A DNA stretch of 62,066 nucleotides, counting the filler, from Hausera hauseri (lineage: Eukaryota): the NCBI GenBank assembly GCA_046269625.1. It is 11 parts of 11 records of this genome, joined end to end, with 100 filler letters (N's around TTAATTAATTAA, not from the genome) between each part and the next. Parts side by side here need not be neighbours in the genome. Positions count along the whole stretch, not along the records: positions 13,509 to 17,832 come from JBJURY010634553.1; positions 17,933 to 22,973 come from JBJURY010353709.1; positions 23,074 to 29,402 come from JBJURY010112654.1; 8 more parts are not named here. One strand, 5' to 3'. The position numbers were made by a program, and so were the translations under genes. The notes under the pieces were generated by a model that had not been told where the DNA came from, searched no databases, and saw only the letters and a program-made list of their open reading frames with translations. This document shows, one piece after another, positions 13,814 through 27,282 of this stretch; positions within the stretch are counted from its first letter, which is position 1; each line of letters begins with the position of its first letter.

Positions 13814-16800
13814 TATTTCAAAAGCCAACGCCCATACGCCCAACTCTTACTTCACCCCACCCACTTTCGCTTATCATCATTACATAAAAAAGCGATTTTT
13901 GTGTTCGTTATAGTATATAGCTGGTGCTCAATCGATCGTATGTTTGTTTGACAAACAGCCATTGATTGTCCTCCTCCTCCTTTGTCGTCCTCTGTCTTCT
14001 GCTGCCGCTACTTCATAGATACGGCGATAATTACGTGGCTTATTTCCGTCTAGGACAGTTGAACGCCCTCTGCGCGCATTTTCGGTCCACAGTCCGTCAG
14101 GAGACTATAGCACTTTGGGCGCAGGCATATCCATTCTCGATACTGAACACGGCCTTCGCTTTCATCCTTGAAGCAACTGATTTTGTTTGTGATGTCGTTG
14201 CTATACAGTGGATGATTCTGCGGTTAATTTGATGTTTACAGTAGTCCAAATGCCATCATTAGCCGGAGCAGGTGGTCGCGATTGTCGACTTTTAGTTTAA
14301 GGAAAAAGTTGTTTGTGCTACCGGCAACGATACTGATCTCACAGCCATCGAATATTTGCCGGTAACGTGCCAAGTCGCGATACTGGAGTTCGTACATTCG
14401 CAACTTGCTCAGGTCCAATACCACTTATCCGATATAGCTTGGTTGGTCCAGTACGACTTCTTCGATGTTTAACAGCACGGCGATCAGTCCATCGGCAATG
14501 TGCATTAACCGCCTAAACTGAGCCTTGCTCGTGTACGTAACCATACGCTTTTCGTTGATACATAGGCGCACATTGAGTCGCTTTTTGAGGTTCTCTACCG
14601 TTTTGCCGTAGAGAAAATTATTTTTCAACTTGTAATAATCCTTTTCAAATTTTGTACAAGCTGAGGCTCGTTTTTCTGAATTTCCGTCAATGTATGCCTT
14701 GAATATCGGTGCCTGATTGAATTTTATTGCGCGATGCAGCTGTGTGACACATACACCGAGATGCATGTAGAACTGTAGCAAACGCCAATGGACCACGTAA
14801 TTCAGCTTCGGCTCATACGTCGGGAAGAGTTTTTCACATTTGAGCCACCGGGCGGACATTGGCTGATTGGTGCGGCAGGCAATTGGTCCAAAGCGTCATG
14901 CAACTCATCCGGTACCACAAGATCAACTTCCATCAAGTAGCCGAATGAGCTGTTTTCTGCCTTGTCTGCTCTAGGTAAATTTTCCAATATTTCGAGATCT
15001 TGCTTGTCCGTTAACTATTCAAATGAACCGTACTTTAACGGTTGCTAAAGCGCCCAGCCGTACAGGTTATTAATGTCAGTGATGTGATGTTATCATTACA
15101 TGTTACGTGGTGCTTGTTGACAAATGTCATGCCGCCACGAATACCAATATCAAACAGTCTGTACATTTCTGGGTCTTGCAACAACTCAATGTCCTGGTTT
15201 GGTGATATCAGAACCAAAGCTCAACTCATTCCCGATATGGAGTAAAAGGTGAGAGGCTCCAGCCTATTTTCGGCCAACGCCTTAGTCCGAAATATCTGAA
15301 ACACATCGGCCAGCAAGTATACGTCCAGTTTCAGATACTGGAGCATGTAATCGAATAGGCTTCTTCAGCCGAGCTCTGACCAAGATTCCTGTGCTCTGCG
15401 ATATTTATCTTCTGTTATACTGGACCACTGCGGCAGCAATTCCTCTGTTGTCTGAAGCCGCTGGTACAATACAGCAAAGTCATACGGGAATATGTCTTTG
15501 TTACGTGCAATATGCATCGGGAACTGCGTTGATGTTAACGGAAAATCCGGCAAGGCATTTACCAACTTTGCTAGAGACTCATTGAGGAACTGTACTGAGT
15601 CAAAGAATCGCACCTGGAACCGGTTTATGCGTGCCGACAGAGACAGGTATTTCTCCATCGTTGTTGGAATTATGGACAGTTTCCAGTGTAAAAATCCATT
15701 AAAGACCCATTTCGGAATATGGTGACAATCATAACCCTGAAGTTATGAAATATCACCGGCAGAAATGGCCGCACACGCCGTGCTAAATTGCATGAATTGC
15801 ATGCTGCTCCCAGGTATCGTCGGGGAAAGTGGTCGTGATCAGGCATGAACCGTTCCTGTTTATCGAATGGTACTATTTTATAGCAGAGGTAGCATTTATC
15901 TGTGACTGCAAACGTAAGGCGTTCGTCTTCCTCTGTCCAGATCAAAGACTTAGTCCTGTTGTTACTGTATCACGGTGCGATTTCCGCTTCCACTATTGCC
16001 TCCAACTGGTGCAGAAAATCACGTACACAGTTCCATCCGTAGAAAACGTAAAACTGCGGTTGTCCCGCGGCTTTTATTGGTACTAGCAACATACCGACGG
16101 CGATTTCAATGCGCTTTTGATCGTATACGTTGTGCCGTGGTAAATTGCTTCAATATCGGCATAGACCACATATGCCGGACTGTCCGTTTTCGACCAGTCA
16201 CTGAATCTGAGTTTCTTTTTGACAGGCATGACGTACATTGTTGTTTCCGATACGCTTCTTCTGCATAGCGTCACGTGTTTTCTCATGTCGCTTCTGATCT
16301 GAAGCCATGCAAACATATAGAGCACCATTTTCAGCGTATTTGATTTTGGATGAACTGGTCATGGTCCATATTCAGCGGTCCATTAAACGTCCTTTCGGGT
16401 TCGGACTTCGACAGATTATGTCCACGTGAGGATTCTTGTAAATTTCCTCATCTGTCAGTATCTCTATTACTGAGTTGTACCGGAAAACCTTGATTGACAG
16501 CATCGGATTACGCCGTTCAAAAGCCGGAATGGTTTTGAATTTCATCGACATCCAGCTTTCATCAAAGTCCAATTTGGAAAAATACTGACGATGTTGTTTT
16601 GAACGATTTTCACGATTTTTGGGCACTTCGTCATATTTTAATATGGCTAAAATACGGTAAAGAAGACAGTATTCGTCGCTATTATTTTTTACATTGACTA
16701 CAGTTTTAGAGTGCTTTATGGCTGCAGGTGTCGGTATAAATGATCTTTCCGACAAGTAAATCATGTCACTTGACTTTGTAATGATAAAGCTGCGAGTAAC

Positions 16801-17670
16801 AGTCTTTACAATTCGCCATCCACTACCCTTTTTTGTGTAGTTGGCGATTTTCTCCTCGAGCTTTTCGCCAATCGCAGCGATAAAATCCTCGATATATGGT
16901 ACAGCTCAATGTGAAAAGTACCACTGTTTCCTGTCGCCTTGCACGTTTTCGAATTCTGAAAGTGCGCAATACTAAACTTTGCAGCTGTGGTGGTGTTGGA
17001 ATTTGTCCACTTCAGATTCCAACCGATTTCGCACAATGGATAGAACATGTATCAATTGCGTTGTTGTTGTTGTTGTCGCTGACATGTTTACTTTTATATC
17101 CATGTACGGTGTTTTCAGATCGTACATGACAGTAATGCGTGGTTCCTTCCCCTGTTGCTTCTGTTCCTGCTGATCCTCCTGCTGTTTTTGGTTTCTGTTG
17201 TTTTGCAAGTATTTGTCAAAGCCTGTTGATGCCCGACGTTTCCTACTTGTTGAAGGAATACTGCTGCTGCTGCTGCTTTATGATGCGTCCATTAATATTT
17301 GTTTTTTCGACCGCTTAAACTGGTTTAAGTGATCATGGTGCCGATTATAAAATTGTTCATAGTCAATTTGATCATCAGCTATAAAACAACCGGGGCACAC
17401 ATAGGCCCGTTTACTGTGCACCGTTGTAGTGCCATAGTATTGCTGCATTGCACTATGGCAAGCACAAACGACATGCACTTTATTGGTACAGTAACGTCGG
17501 TATGTGGAGCAATGCACAACCGTCATCTTCTTGGACCGCGTGAACGGACCGAGATGATGCTTGTGCGTCTCATAAAAGTCGGCGTACGGGCATATGTTTT
17601 GAATAAAACACACGGGACACAGGTATGGATCCTTGGCCGCTGAATAATATTTGGCCATTTTTTGTGGCAT
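13814..17670 (-). pseudogene. Second, divergent Polinton-type pPolB, decayed, with a probable N-terminal Zn-binding repeat region
   Basis: NVKNNSDEYCLLYRILA, YADIEA, DHDHF..YLGAACNSCNL, FPYDF, GIRGG, KLKNNFLYGKT, DDKR. ORF 17278-17670 is in frame with 16972-17208 across a single TAA. Confidence 0.92.
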
Positions 17671-18479
17671 TGTCCACCCTCATGTATGCGGGAGACGCAA
17701 TACATGGGATATTGCAAACATTTCTGAATAATAAACAAATTAAACTGAAAACCAATAAAAGTGTATTAATTATAAATAAAGAAATTTAACTACAATACAC
17801 CATAACTTATTCTCCTTACTGCCGTCACCGACNNNNNNNNNNNNNNNNNNNNNNNNNNNNNNNNNNNNNNNNNNNNTTAATTAATTAANNNNNNNNNNNN
17901 NNNNNNNNNNNNNNNNNNNNNNNNNNNNNNNNACTTTGTCATCCTGACATGTTAAGTCGCTAATTAAAATAATTTTTCATGATTAAAAGTGAACAACCCG
18001 GGACAATTTTATTATACTGCAGAATTTTCATTTTACACAAAAGTACAATTCCTACTATTTTGTTTACATGTCTCACAAATGTTTGGTTTCCATACTGCTT
18101 TGTTCTAACTTGTATATTTTCACACTGTAACATTAAACGAGTAATAACTGCAATTAACTTTTCAATTTACCTATAAATAATAAAATGGAGACCTAAATAA
18201 ACACACAGACACAATGATAATTATTATATTTTCAATCCGCACCGTAATTGCATTGCAATCATCATAATATTTCAATTATAATATTTATATATTTTTTAAT
18301 TTACTGAGTAACTCATTTTGGATATTAGTGTATATAATTGATCATAGCTGTGTACGCAATGTTTTTATATCAAATGGAATCCGTTCTTAGAAATGCGCTA
18401 TTTTTGGCGTTTGCGCTATTCGGGGTGTTTCATTGTAATATCAAGAAATTCCCTTCAAATTCACAGGACGAGTGTTGAT

Positions 18480-18669
18480 GTTTGAATGCAAAAGCTGTTT
18501 TTTTCTCTGCAAACGCTAAACTAGCTTCATGTAGGGTGCGCGTAACCATTTTGACACTGAAAGAAACCCCAGAATTTTTTAAGCTTTTTGCGAACTCAGC
18601 GACAGTTCCAAAATTTCCAGATGTGATCAGACGGGTACAGAAATGTACAAAATTTTGATGGTCGACCAC
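18480..18669 (-). mobile_element. Tc1-like transposase HTH remnant
   Basis: SVKMVTRTLHEASLAFAEKK resembles the Tc1 S..TVRR.LHEAGL..R.K.KKP region. Confidence 0.5.
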
Positions 18670-20385
18670 CTTTATTATTTACTCGTGGACAACAACGTTT
18701 GTTGGAACCCGACTGACTAGTTGGGTAATCCGGGAGACATGAGAAATAGAGAAGAAGAAAGGTATATATAGTGTATATAGAGGTATGTGTGTGAGCATGT
18801 GTGCATATGTACTGAATGGAATGAGTGAATGGTACCGTTGTATATAGGTATATTGTACATATATTTTTATGTTTATCATGTGAATTTTGTGTGGCATGGA
18901 GATTGTTTGTAGAAAACCTGCGTGCTTGAAGATGTAAAATAGGTATGGGAATGCAATAGAATGTAGTGTGATTGTTATAAATAAGTAGCCCAAGTTGACA
19001 TTCGGGGGACCGGAGGGTGAGGACGATCGTAGTCGGTTATTCCGTGCTAATCTTTGTCTCATTAATCTAATTAACAGACGTCATACAGGAAAATTAGATT
19101 TGTGAGTTGGAGAGAAATGAAAGATTAATGAAAAGGAGAGTCACTAGAAGTTAGTGCAGTAATAAGAAATGTAGACGAGGTGACGTCGTGTTTAAAGATG
19201 GAAAATAGATATGCGTTTTACAAAATTATAAACACATGATTGTTCTCGTCAACGGTTGAGTTTTGTTGTCGGTAATGGGTTTAAATCGATGAATTTGTTT
19301 TAAGCCAAATTAACTAAGATGTTATTGTCAAATCACCTCCATTTGACGAATCAGTAAGTGAAGTGGACGTGCGATGGCCGAAAGATGTTGGTGACTCTGT
19401 TGAGACCTTTTAAGTCATTGAAGAAACCGAAAACAGATAAAACTGCAATGGTAATTTATGCACCTTCTCGGGGAAAATAGTCGAACATCTGGATGAAGAT
19501 GGTAGCCAGTAGTTGCAAAACAGGATTTGGGAATAATAGCCGCTGGTGCAGCTTCAGCGCCAAAAACATGAACAAGGGTTGATAAAAAACCAGGCGAAGT
19601 TAAAGATACCGTACATAAAGAAGTTAAAATCGAAAAGAGAATAAAATCCAGATGAATCGAGTAAAGTTAAAACAGAGAAGATTATAAAGGGAGTCGTTCC
19701 ACCGGTAGTAATGCAAATAGCTCCTGTATCTGATAAAGTCGGAATTCAGCTTATTGAAGGATCGCGCGGAGAACAGAGGATTGAAATGAACAGACTTTGA
19801 TAGAGAGCTGCTCAACGATTGAAAGATGCTCAAAATACTTGCGCAATGTTGACAAAGTTCAACGAGTGCGATATGAGTATTATACAGTGTGTTCCTCTAA
19901 TAATTGGTCGCGTCGTAAATATTTCCTCGCTTCCGTGTAGATTTTGTTTTTACAAATGAAAATCTACAGATTATGAACCGAATAGTAGATGGATATGAAC
20001 TTATATCAACCAGTGGCGTACCTAAGAGAACTGCTGAGGAGTTAAACCTTCCTATGGTATTTGACTTAAACATGTTTTCATAGGTTCTATCGGCAATTTA
20101 TTTTACTTTCAGTGACGTTAATTCCTTTGGACTTCGAGTAAACAATTAAACTTGAATAAATTTGAAATTTAGAAAAATTTCATATTGTGAACCTCTTATG
20201 CTAGAAGTTCCATTCAACAGTAAATACATATAATACAACTATTGTTTGCAATTCAGACTGCCAAACATAATATATGCAGATCAATAAATATAACTGCTAT
20301 GGATGGATCAAAATGTATTACTGCTATGGCAGAAAAAAAAATAAAATATTGATAAAAAATTGAATTCATAAATTGAAAATTTGTA

Positions 20386-21462
20386 ATGTCTGATCAAGAA
20401 GTCCTGTTATGGACAAAATCAGACACGTTAAATTTTGTGCGAAATATTAATAAATTTGATGAAAATGAGATATCAATCGATGCGGACAAACTCGAGGGCC
20501 AGGCCTTTGGCTTCTTATCAAAATCATGAAGAATTCAGGTTAAAAAAGGCTTCGGAAACAGACGATTTAAAATGTCCCAATCGTCTTATTTACAAAAACA
20601 ATTATAGCGTTATTTTCAATTAGAAGAATTCATTCAAGAAAGTCATGAATTATTAAATGTTCCAAACTACTTACTGATTGCCAAACTGAAAGACGAATAT
20701 ACACAACTTATCAACGTTATGTCTAGCCATCCAAGTGTTGTTATACCAATATGGATTAATTGTCAACATTTATATTGGCTTGAGTTTGGTGAAAAGGCTT
20801 ATGTAAAGATTTCAGAACACTTCGAAAAAGCATGGCTAACTCTAGAAATTTTGGAGTTAGAGTGCAATGACATTGAAAACATAGTAAGTGACGATAGATT
20901 GTATTGCACGATTGAAAAGAATGTTTTTGTTTCAATTGTCGAACGGACTAGGAACAATTTATCAATTAGACAATCGTTTGTTTCGAATATAATGTACTGC
21001 GAACGACTACATTTATCAACGGAAAAGGAAGTACAAATAATTAAATCTTGCGAATTACCGAAAGCAACCACTGAGTTTTATCAAAGGTCAGAGAGTTGGC
21101 TACAAATTCTAGATGAATTGTCGAAGAAAATTGATGACGGAACTGTGCCACCGTTTACAGAGAAAGATAATACGTACGCCGAAGAACATTTGATCATTCC
21201 AGGGACGTTGAAGGTATTTGAATGTTGTGCAAATAATATCGTTATTGGTTATTGTTGTTTTTCTTGTTTGATGGACCCTGCCAGGGTTTGTGTTGTGTGT
21301 ATGTATGGATGTATGCCTGATAAAATCAGTATGTATGTATGGAGCCACAAAATTAATGGTGGAGAGAATCCCCCGGAGAGGAGCACTCCGTTAAAAATGG
21401 CTAGGAATGATGAAAAAATTAATCTAAATGTTTTTTTATATCTTTATATATTTGATAAGTAG
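20386..21462 (+). pseudogene. Uncharacterised protein with SAM-like N-terminus and Cys-rich C-terminal region; two in-frame stops or short introns before 20719
   Basis: ATG at 20386 is in frame with the 247-aa ORF. VLLWTKSDTLNFV...KLEGQAFGFLS is SAM-like. The C-terminal part contains CCFSC..CVVC. Confidence 0.4.
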
Positions 21463-23073
21463 TTTTGGGGATTTAGGGGGACAAATAAATCGAACCTTAT
21501 GGAATTTCGGCTATATTTAAAGATGTTTAGAACAAAGGAGTCTAGCGGGGCAGTGATGAATATGAAAGAAGGTAAATGAGGAGATAGGTTTTCTCTCCAA
21601 ATGATGATTTATGTTCGACAAAGAAAATCGGTGCTGGGATTAGGGAATTTAAAAGGAAAAATACAAATAATAAAGGGTGATATGACTCATGGAATAAAGT
21701 TTGCTAGTAATGGGCCTGGCAAACCACTGATTGAAAAATGGGTGATTGAAGATGAAATATTATTTATTTTTCATACAAATTCTCCATTTTATGGTGGAAA
21801 TATACACTATAAGATCATTATAAAACTTCCATGATGTGTGCGGTGTTTGCGCCGGATTGTTTTCAACGGCAAAGTTTATCGAAATGCCGAACCAGTATGT
21901 ACGGTTCTGTGCGAAAGGGACGTGTGTGCGGTATTCACTGCCACCATTTTAGGGGTCATCTCTTTATTTGAGTCCCTGACTCTATTTAACAACATCGCAA
22001 CCAAAAAATAGCAAGAAAAATCGAACGTGAAAAAACCACAGAAAACAACTGCATAGGAGTCATAACGTTCATTCGCATTACAATCGTCATCTGCTGACGA
22101 TTGAGACTCTTCCGTGGAGAAGAAAGACGGTGCCGGCCTGAGAAGTCGGAGATGGGGGATTGGTTGGTCATCCGTGCCGGAGCTGTACGTCGTGACCTGC
22201 CGTAAGCCGGAAATTCTGTGGTCCGGAATCAACTGGCTCTCAAAGGGAACCACTGATTGGAAAACATCCGGTCTGCAGTCGCCATCAGCCTTATAAAGAC
22301 TAGTAGAAAAGCAGAGGAGTCAAATAACCGTCAGCTGTCTCCTTCGGCATAGAACCTTCGAAGATGCTCAGTTGGGAGGAGGTACTGTTTGTTTTTAGGA
22401 AGTTTGCTGAGGTGCCGCACGAAACAGCTCTGCAGCAGCAACTTGCGCACCGTCTGGTAGTCAAAGTAGGAGCGGTATGGAGCTCGACCGTCACGCATGT
22501 GGCGTCGTTTCCTTGGAGCGTCCATAACCTACAGTCTCGATCTTGGGTCTCTTCGTTCAGCGTGGTGTGTATCGTCGCGCACCAGCGGTTCCTTGTACGG
22601 TCTCTCGCGGGATGGCGGAACGTCGGCTCGAGTGCTGACTGTGCGAGGTATCTTCGGAATTCGATAAGCCTGAATTGTGGCTTTAGATGCTCCGGCGCCA
22701 GGATCATCTCCTAGGGGATTGTCGATGGCCTTGCCCATTTCCGTAGGACTCGTTAAGTTATTCACATGTGCGGGTTGCGCCATTTTCGGATCTGTGCGCC
22801 CCGATGCCATTTCTGTAGCTTCCTCTAAATTGACGAGAATGTGGGATTTTCTGGTTTTTGTGACATGGCTTGGCGCGATCTCCCTTCGGATTATCCGTTG
22901 ACCCGGTTTCGTTGCCTGCGAATTGATTCTTTGATTCCTGGTGGCCGTAGTTTGGCCCATCGTTTTCGTGGCTNNNNNNNNNNNNNNNNNNNNNNNNNNN
23001 NNNNNNNNNNNNNNNNNTTAATTAATTAANNNNNNNNNNNNNNNNNNNNNNNNNNNNNNNNNNNNNNNNNNNN

Positions 23074-23160
23074 CTGTGTATTACTGTGTCTACTGAGTCT
23101 AACTGTGTATTACTGTGTCTAACTGTGTATTACTGTGTCTACTGAGTCTAACTGTGTATT
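23074..23160. repeat. Minisatellite (ctgtgtattactgtgtctactgagtctaa-type units)
   Basis: Tandem units are directly visible. Confidence 0.85.
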
Positions 23161-23262
23161 ATTCAGCTCAGTCTTATAAACAGCACCTTCTCATAGTGGA
23201 TCAACCAGTTTGCTGCTGACAGCCAAAACCAGCTGCTCACATGATTAAGGAGGACCATCGGC

Positions 23263-24880
23263 CTAACAGTCTGATTGGTTCGTTAAGGAAGGGAGGTGAA
23301 GCGGAGGTGGGACTAGTGTGACCGAGGGGAGAGTGTTCCTGCGAAGCTGGGAGTGCGAAGACGGGCAGTCTGAAAGCTCTTCATCAGAAGCAGACCCTCC
23401 AGGTGTTGAACACCTCAGCATCTCCATCAGTGAGAGGACTGGCTGTGCGTTCTCTCTCCTTTGAACCACACGTCCATCTCTCTGCTCAACCAGATGATGC
23501 AGCTCACCTTTATTTCCTCGCCTGCTCAAACCCTGACCACCTCCGACCTCCTTCAGTCTCGTCTCCCTCACGCCCTCCTCGTATACTCTGTTCAGAGAAG
23601 CCAGGTTCTGAATGGCCAGCCAAGGTTCTCATGAAATCCTGGCTCTGGAAGCTGGAGAGCCACGTGGGCTCAATGAGCTCAGCTCACAGGACGAACGTCT
23701 GCTGCTGCTGCCACGTTTAGGTTTGTCTGCAGAAGTGGACAAGAGTCAAAATCACATAAACACTTCACCTCTGTGTGTTCATTTGTGGTGTTAGCAAAAT
23801 ATCTCATGAAACAGAGAATTTAATGAAAGCCTAGTGGAGGTACATAAAACTGATTACTTAGTAATCACCCCACAGCATGGTTTTTCCTCTCTTCTCAGGT
23901 ATTACCCTAAATCAGCTGATGCTTGCTGTCATTTGTTAAACATTACTCTTCCACACACAGATAAGAGTCAAAGCCCACCTGTGGGAGTAGCTCAAACTCA
24001 CATCATATCTGAAGTGATTAAACGTGATGTTGATAGACTCACTTGTTCCTCGGAAGTTGAAGATGTTTTCTCCCTCGGTCGAGTTAGGTGAGCCCGTCTT
24101 CAGGATGATCTCAGATGGCGACATGCAAGGCACTGGCGAGGAGTCCGGGGACAGGGGGACGTTCAGGTAACGCCTGGTCACTGGGCTTACATTTGTACCC
24201 ATCTCTGTGGCGATGATGATGATGTCACAACTCCTGGCAGGCATCCAGTAACACCTGCGGTGGAGGAGTGAAGGTGGAGCGCTAATCACATTTAACCAGG
24301 CTTGGAAAGGCTCTGAAGGTGCCTCCATATGGGTTGTAATTATATCAGTTTTCAGCTTGACCATTAGGGGTCACAGTTTGAAGAGATTAACTGTGTTGTT
24401 CCTCAAGGTTCAGTGTTTGATCCTCAAGTTTTTATTTAATTTTAGACGGATTATGAAGTCAAATAGACTGATATTTAAAGTGGTAGGTAAATAAAATGAT
24501 TGCAAAGCTGGAAATAAAGCCTTGCCTATGTATTTGCAGAAGTTTGTTGTATAAATATCCATTGATAAAGATCATAGAGAAGAGAACTGAACTCTAAAAT
24601 TGTATTCACATTAACTACTACAAAGCAGATCTCTGTGTAAGAAGTAAAATAACAGAATGAGCTGGATGATGATCCTTCCCTTTTCATCATGACTAACCTG
24701 CACCGTGGGTTGGTGCTGTGCATTGATGGCGTAGACCAAAGCCGAAGCTCCAGAGCAGTCTTCCACGCAGGGGTCGGCTCCTGCAGCCACGAGGGTTTGT
24801 GCCACCTGAACTCCAGCTCGCTCCATACAGGCGTACATCAGAGGCGTACGGCCCATGTGGTCCTGTGCATTTGGGTCTGC
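23263..24880 (-). pseudogene. ANKRD34-like gene (teleost-like); exons ~24880-24698, 24254-24043, 23726-23263
   Basis: ADPNAQDHMGRTPLMYACMERAG...SALVYAIN, VLLDAC, IIIIAT...TRRYLNVP..CMSPSEI and EPWL are ANKRD34 motifs, with canonical GT/AG sites. There is a frameshift after VLLDAC and a TGA before EPWL. Confidence 0.85.
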
Positions 24881-26486
24881 CTGATTGGGACAAAACACTG
24901 TAGGTTGATAGAGTCCCTCTGAAACAAATGGCCACTTCAAATGAGCTATTTAGAAAAAGGCAGGGAGAGTTCTCAGATTATTTCAAATCATCTCTCTTAT
25001 AAAACTTTTGATGTAGATACAAAGCATCAGTAATGTAATATGAAAACAAACTGACATTTTTGGATGAATCATGTCACATTAGTCCTCGATCTGCAGCATT
25101 TTTAACTTTACTCTTAACTAACATCGCAAACTAGCTTGTTTCATGCTTACTGCAAGCTAACAAACTAGCTTGTAGCACAAATGCATAACACAACATGGAG
25201 TTTGTACTTGTTCGGTGATGGACGACGGCGCGGTGAGGAACCGGGTGAAGGAGCTACTCCTCTTTTCAAAGTCCTGTGTTTGTCCCGATCAAGAAGAGGT
25301 ACTGGCCGGCAGCCTGTTTCTACGTACTGAAGTCCAAATCTTTCCCCATCTCAAACTGGGCGTCTATGCAATAACCTTAAAAAGAGGAAGAAAAGTGAGA
25401 AACCATGCGGACACTGTGTTTCCTTCAAATACAGTATGCAGAATGTATTAACATCAACACAATTCTCACAACAGCACAGCACCTTTAACATATACAACTT
25501 TGAACTGAACTTCACCTTTAGCCTTTTGGAGACATGTTCATAACATTTGACCTCTTACTCTGAATTACCTGTTCAGTTACAACCAATATTTATTAAACAA
25601 TCTTTCAAAACACAATTGTACTCATTTAACTTATTTACTTTTTTAAACTTTTGATCAGTCAGTGAGTTACGTCACACTTTTAGCTCTTCTATTAACGCAT
25701 AAACTACTTAGTACTGTCTTGGTCTATGACCATGACTGATTTACTGAATTTACTTCATTACTGAAAGGATTGACATCCCAGTTCCTGTGAAATAGGAATT
25801 AATTTTAACAGCTGCAGTAAATAAAAACAATAAGAAAATAATAACAAAACACGCGCACCACAGTTAACATACAAACACAGCTGGTTAACGCCAAACACGT
25901 GACAGAAGTTCAGCTAACATGCGAGCTGCGCACAAGCTTCTGCTGCTAACAAGCTAGCAAATACACCTGCCAGTTCATGTTATCGACACAAATAAAACAA
26001 AGAACGTGATAAACTAATATTATGAATCAGTAAAACTGAGTTAAATATATTTAGCAAGGCAGCACAATATATATTCATATATTTTAATACAACAATTACC
26101 TTCAAAAGTAAGGTGACCAGATTTCTGAAGGCAAATCTGGGGACATTTTCAGCTCGAAGACTAAAAACAATTAAATTTTATCAAGATGAAATTTAAAACG
26201 GGGAACACTTACAGTTTCATTTATTTTTACATATTTATTCATGTTTAAACAACTAAAATCAAATATAACAGCAGGAGTGTGTCTCCACACTTTTAACATT
26301 TCCTAAGAGTAATAAAATGAACAAAGTAATAGTAGTAGTAATAGAGTACTAAAACTGGGGAGGAGAGTCAAGAGTATATACTAGTAAGTGAGCATGCATA
26401 CCTTGTGAGTGAATGAGAACATGTATGTACTTTCAGTGGTGTGTATAAGTACACAGTGTATGGTTACGTAGTTGATGTGTATTTAT

Positions 26487-26488
<2 letters not shown>

Positions 26489-26520
<32 letters not shown>
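26489..26520. repeat. (TG)n microsatellite
   Basis: Directly visible. Confidence 0.95.
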
Positions 26521-26525
<5 letters not shown>

Positions 26526-27134
26526 AGTGAAGGTCAGGTAGTCCACTGACATGAGCTCATCTCTGGTTCTGCGAGGCCTCCTCTGTCTGAAGAGCCATCA
26601 GCCATGGTGGTCATGGAGGTCTGGAATAAAAGAAGAGCAGAAAAGTTTACGCACAAAACTGAAAGAGCACAGATAATAGTAACAAGTAATACTTAAAACA
26701 TAAGAAATAAGACACAATTTAGTAATATAATTATATATCTATTGTTTTCTTTTTATTTGTTCTTCTACTTATTTCATCGTTACTCAAAAAACTGCTGTAT
26801 TCTTTTTATCAGTCTTCCTATTTTCCTCTGCTCTCCTTCACTCTTTTCTAGCAGTCTTTGTATTTTTCTTCTCTCTTTAACTCGTCTTTCTATTAGTCTA
26901 CTTCCCTCCTCTCTCCTCTTCTATAAGTCTTCCAATTCTCTAATAAACAGAGACATGATATAATCACAATCCCCTCCAAAAATATTAGAACATATAACGT
27001 ACTGAAAATTTACCATTTAACAAAGAAAACAATATTTTTGTTCCAGATACTCCCTTTAGAAGTTGATAAGTTTTAGATGAGAAACTGGGGTTATCCTAAT
27101 ATAATATTATAAATATTAACATTATTGAAAATGA

Positions 27135-27282
27135 TTTAGAGCTCATCATAGCACAGAAACAGCACTGGTGAAAGTTACTAATGATATTCTCATGGCCTCT
27201 GACAATGGACAGGTGTCTACACTGGTCCTGTTAGAGCTCAGTGCTGCATTTCATACGGTTGATCATAATATTTTTATTACAC
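27135..27282 (+). mobile_element. L2-type LINE reverse transcriptase fragment
   Basis: [44 protein letters not shown] is the typical fish L2 RT segment. Confidence 0.85.

Noticed and set aside
18679-19850. Possible LTR or gag remnant
   Set aside because: The strand-biased composition is suggestive, but no diagnostic motif, PBS or paired LTR was found.
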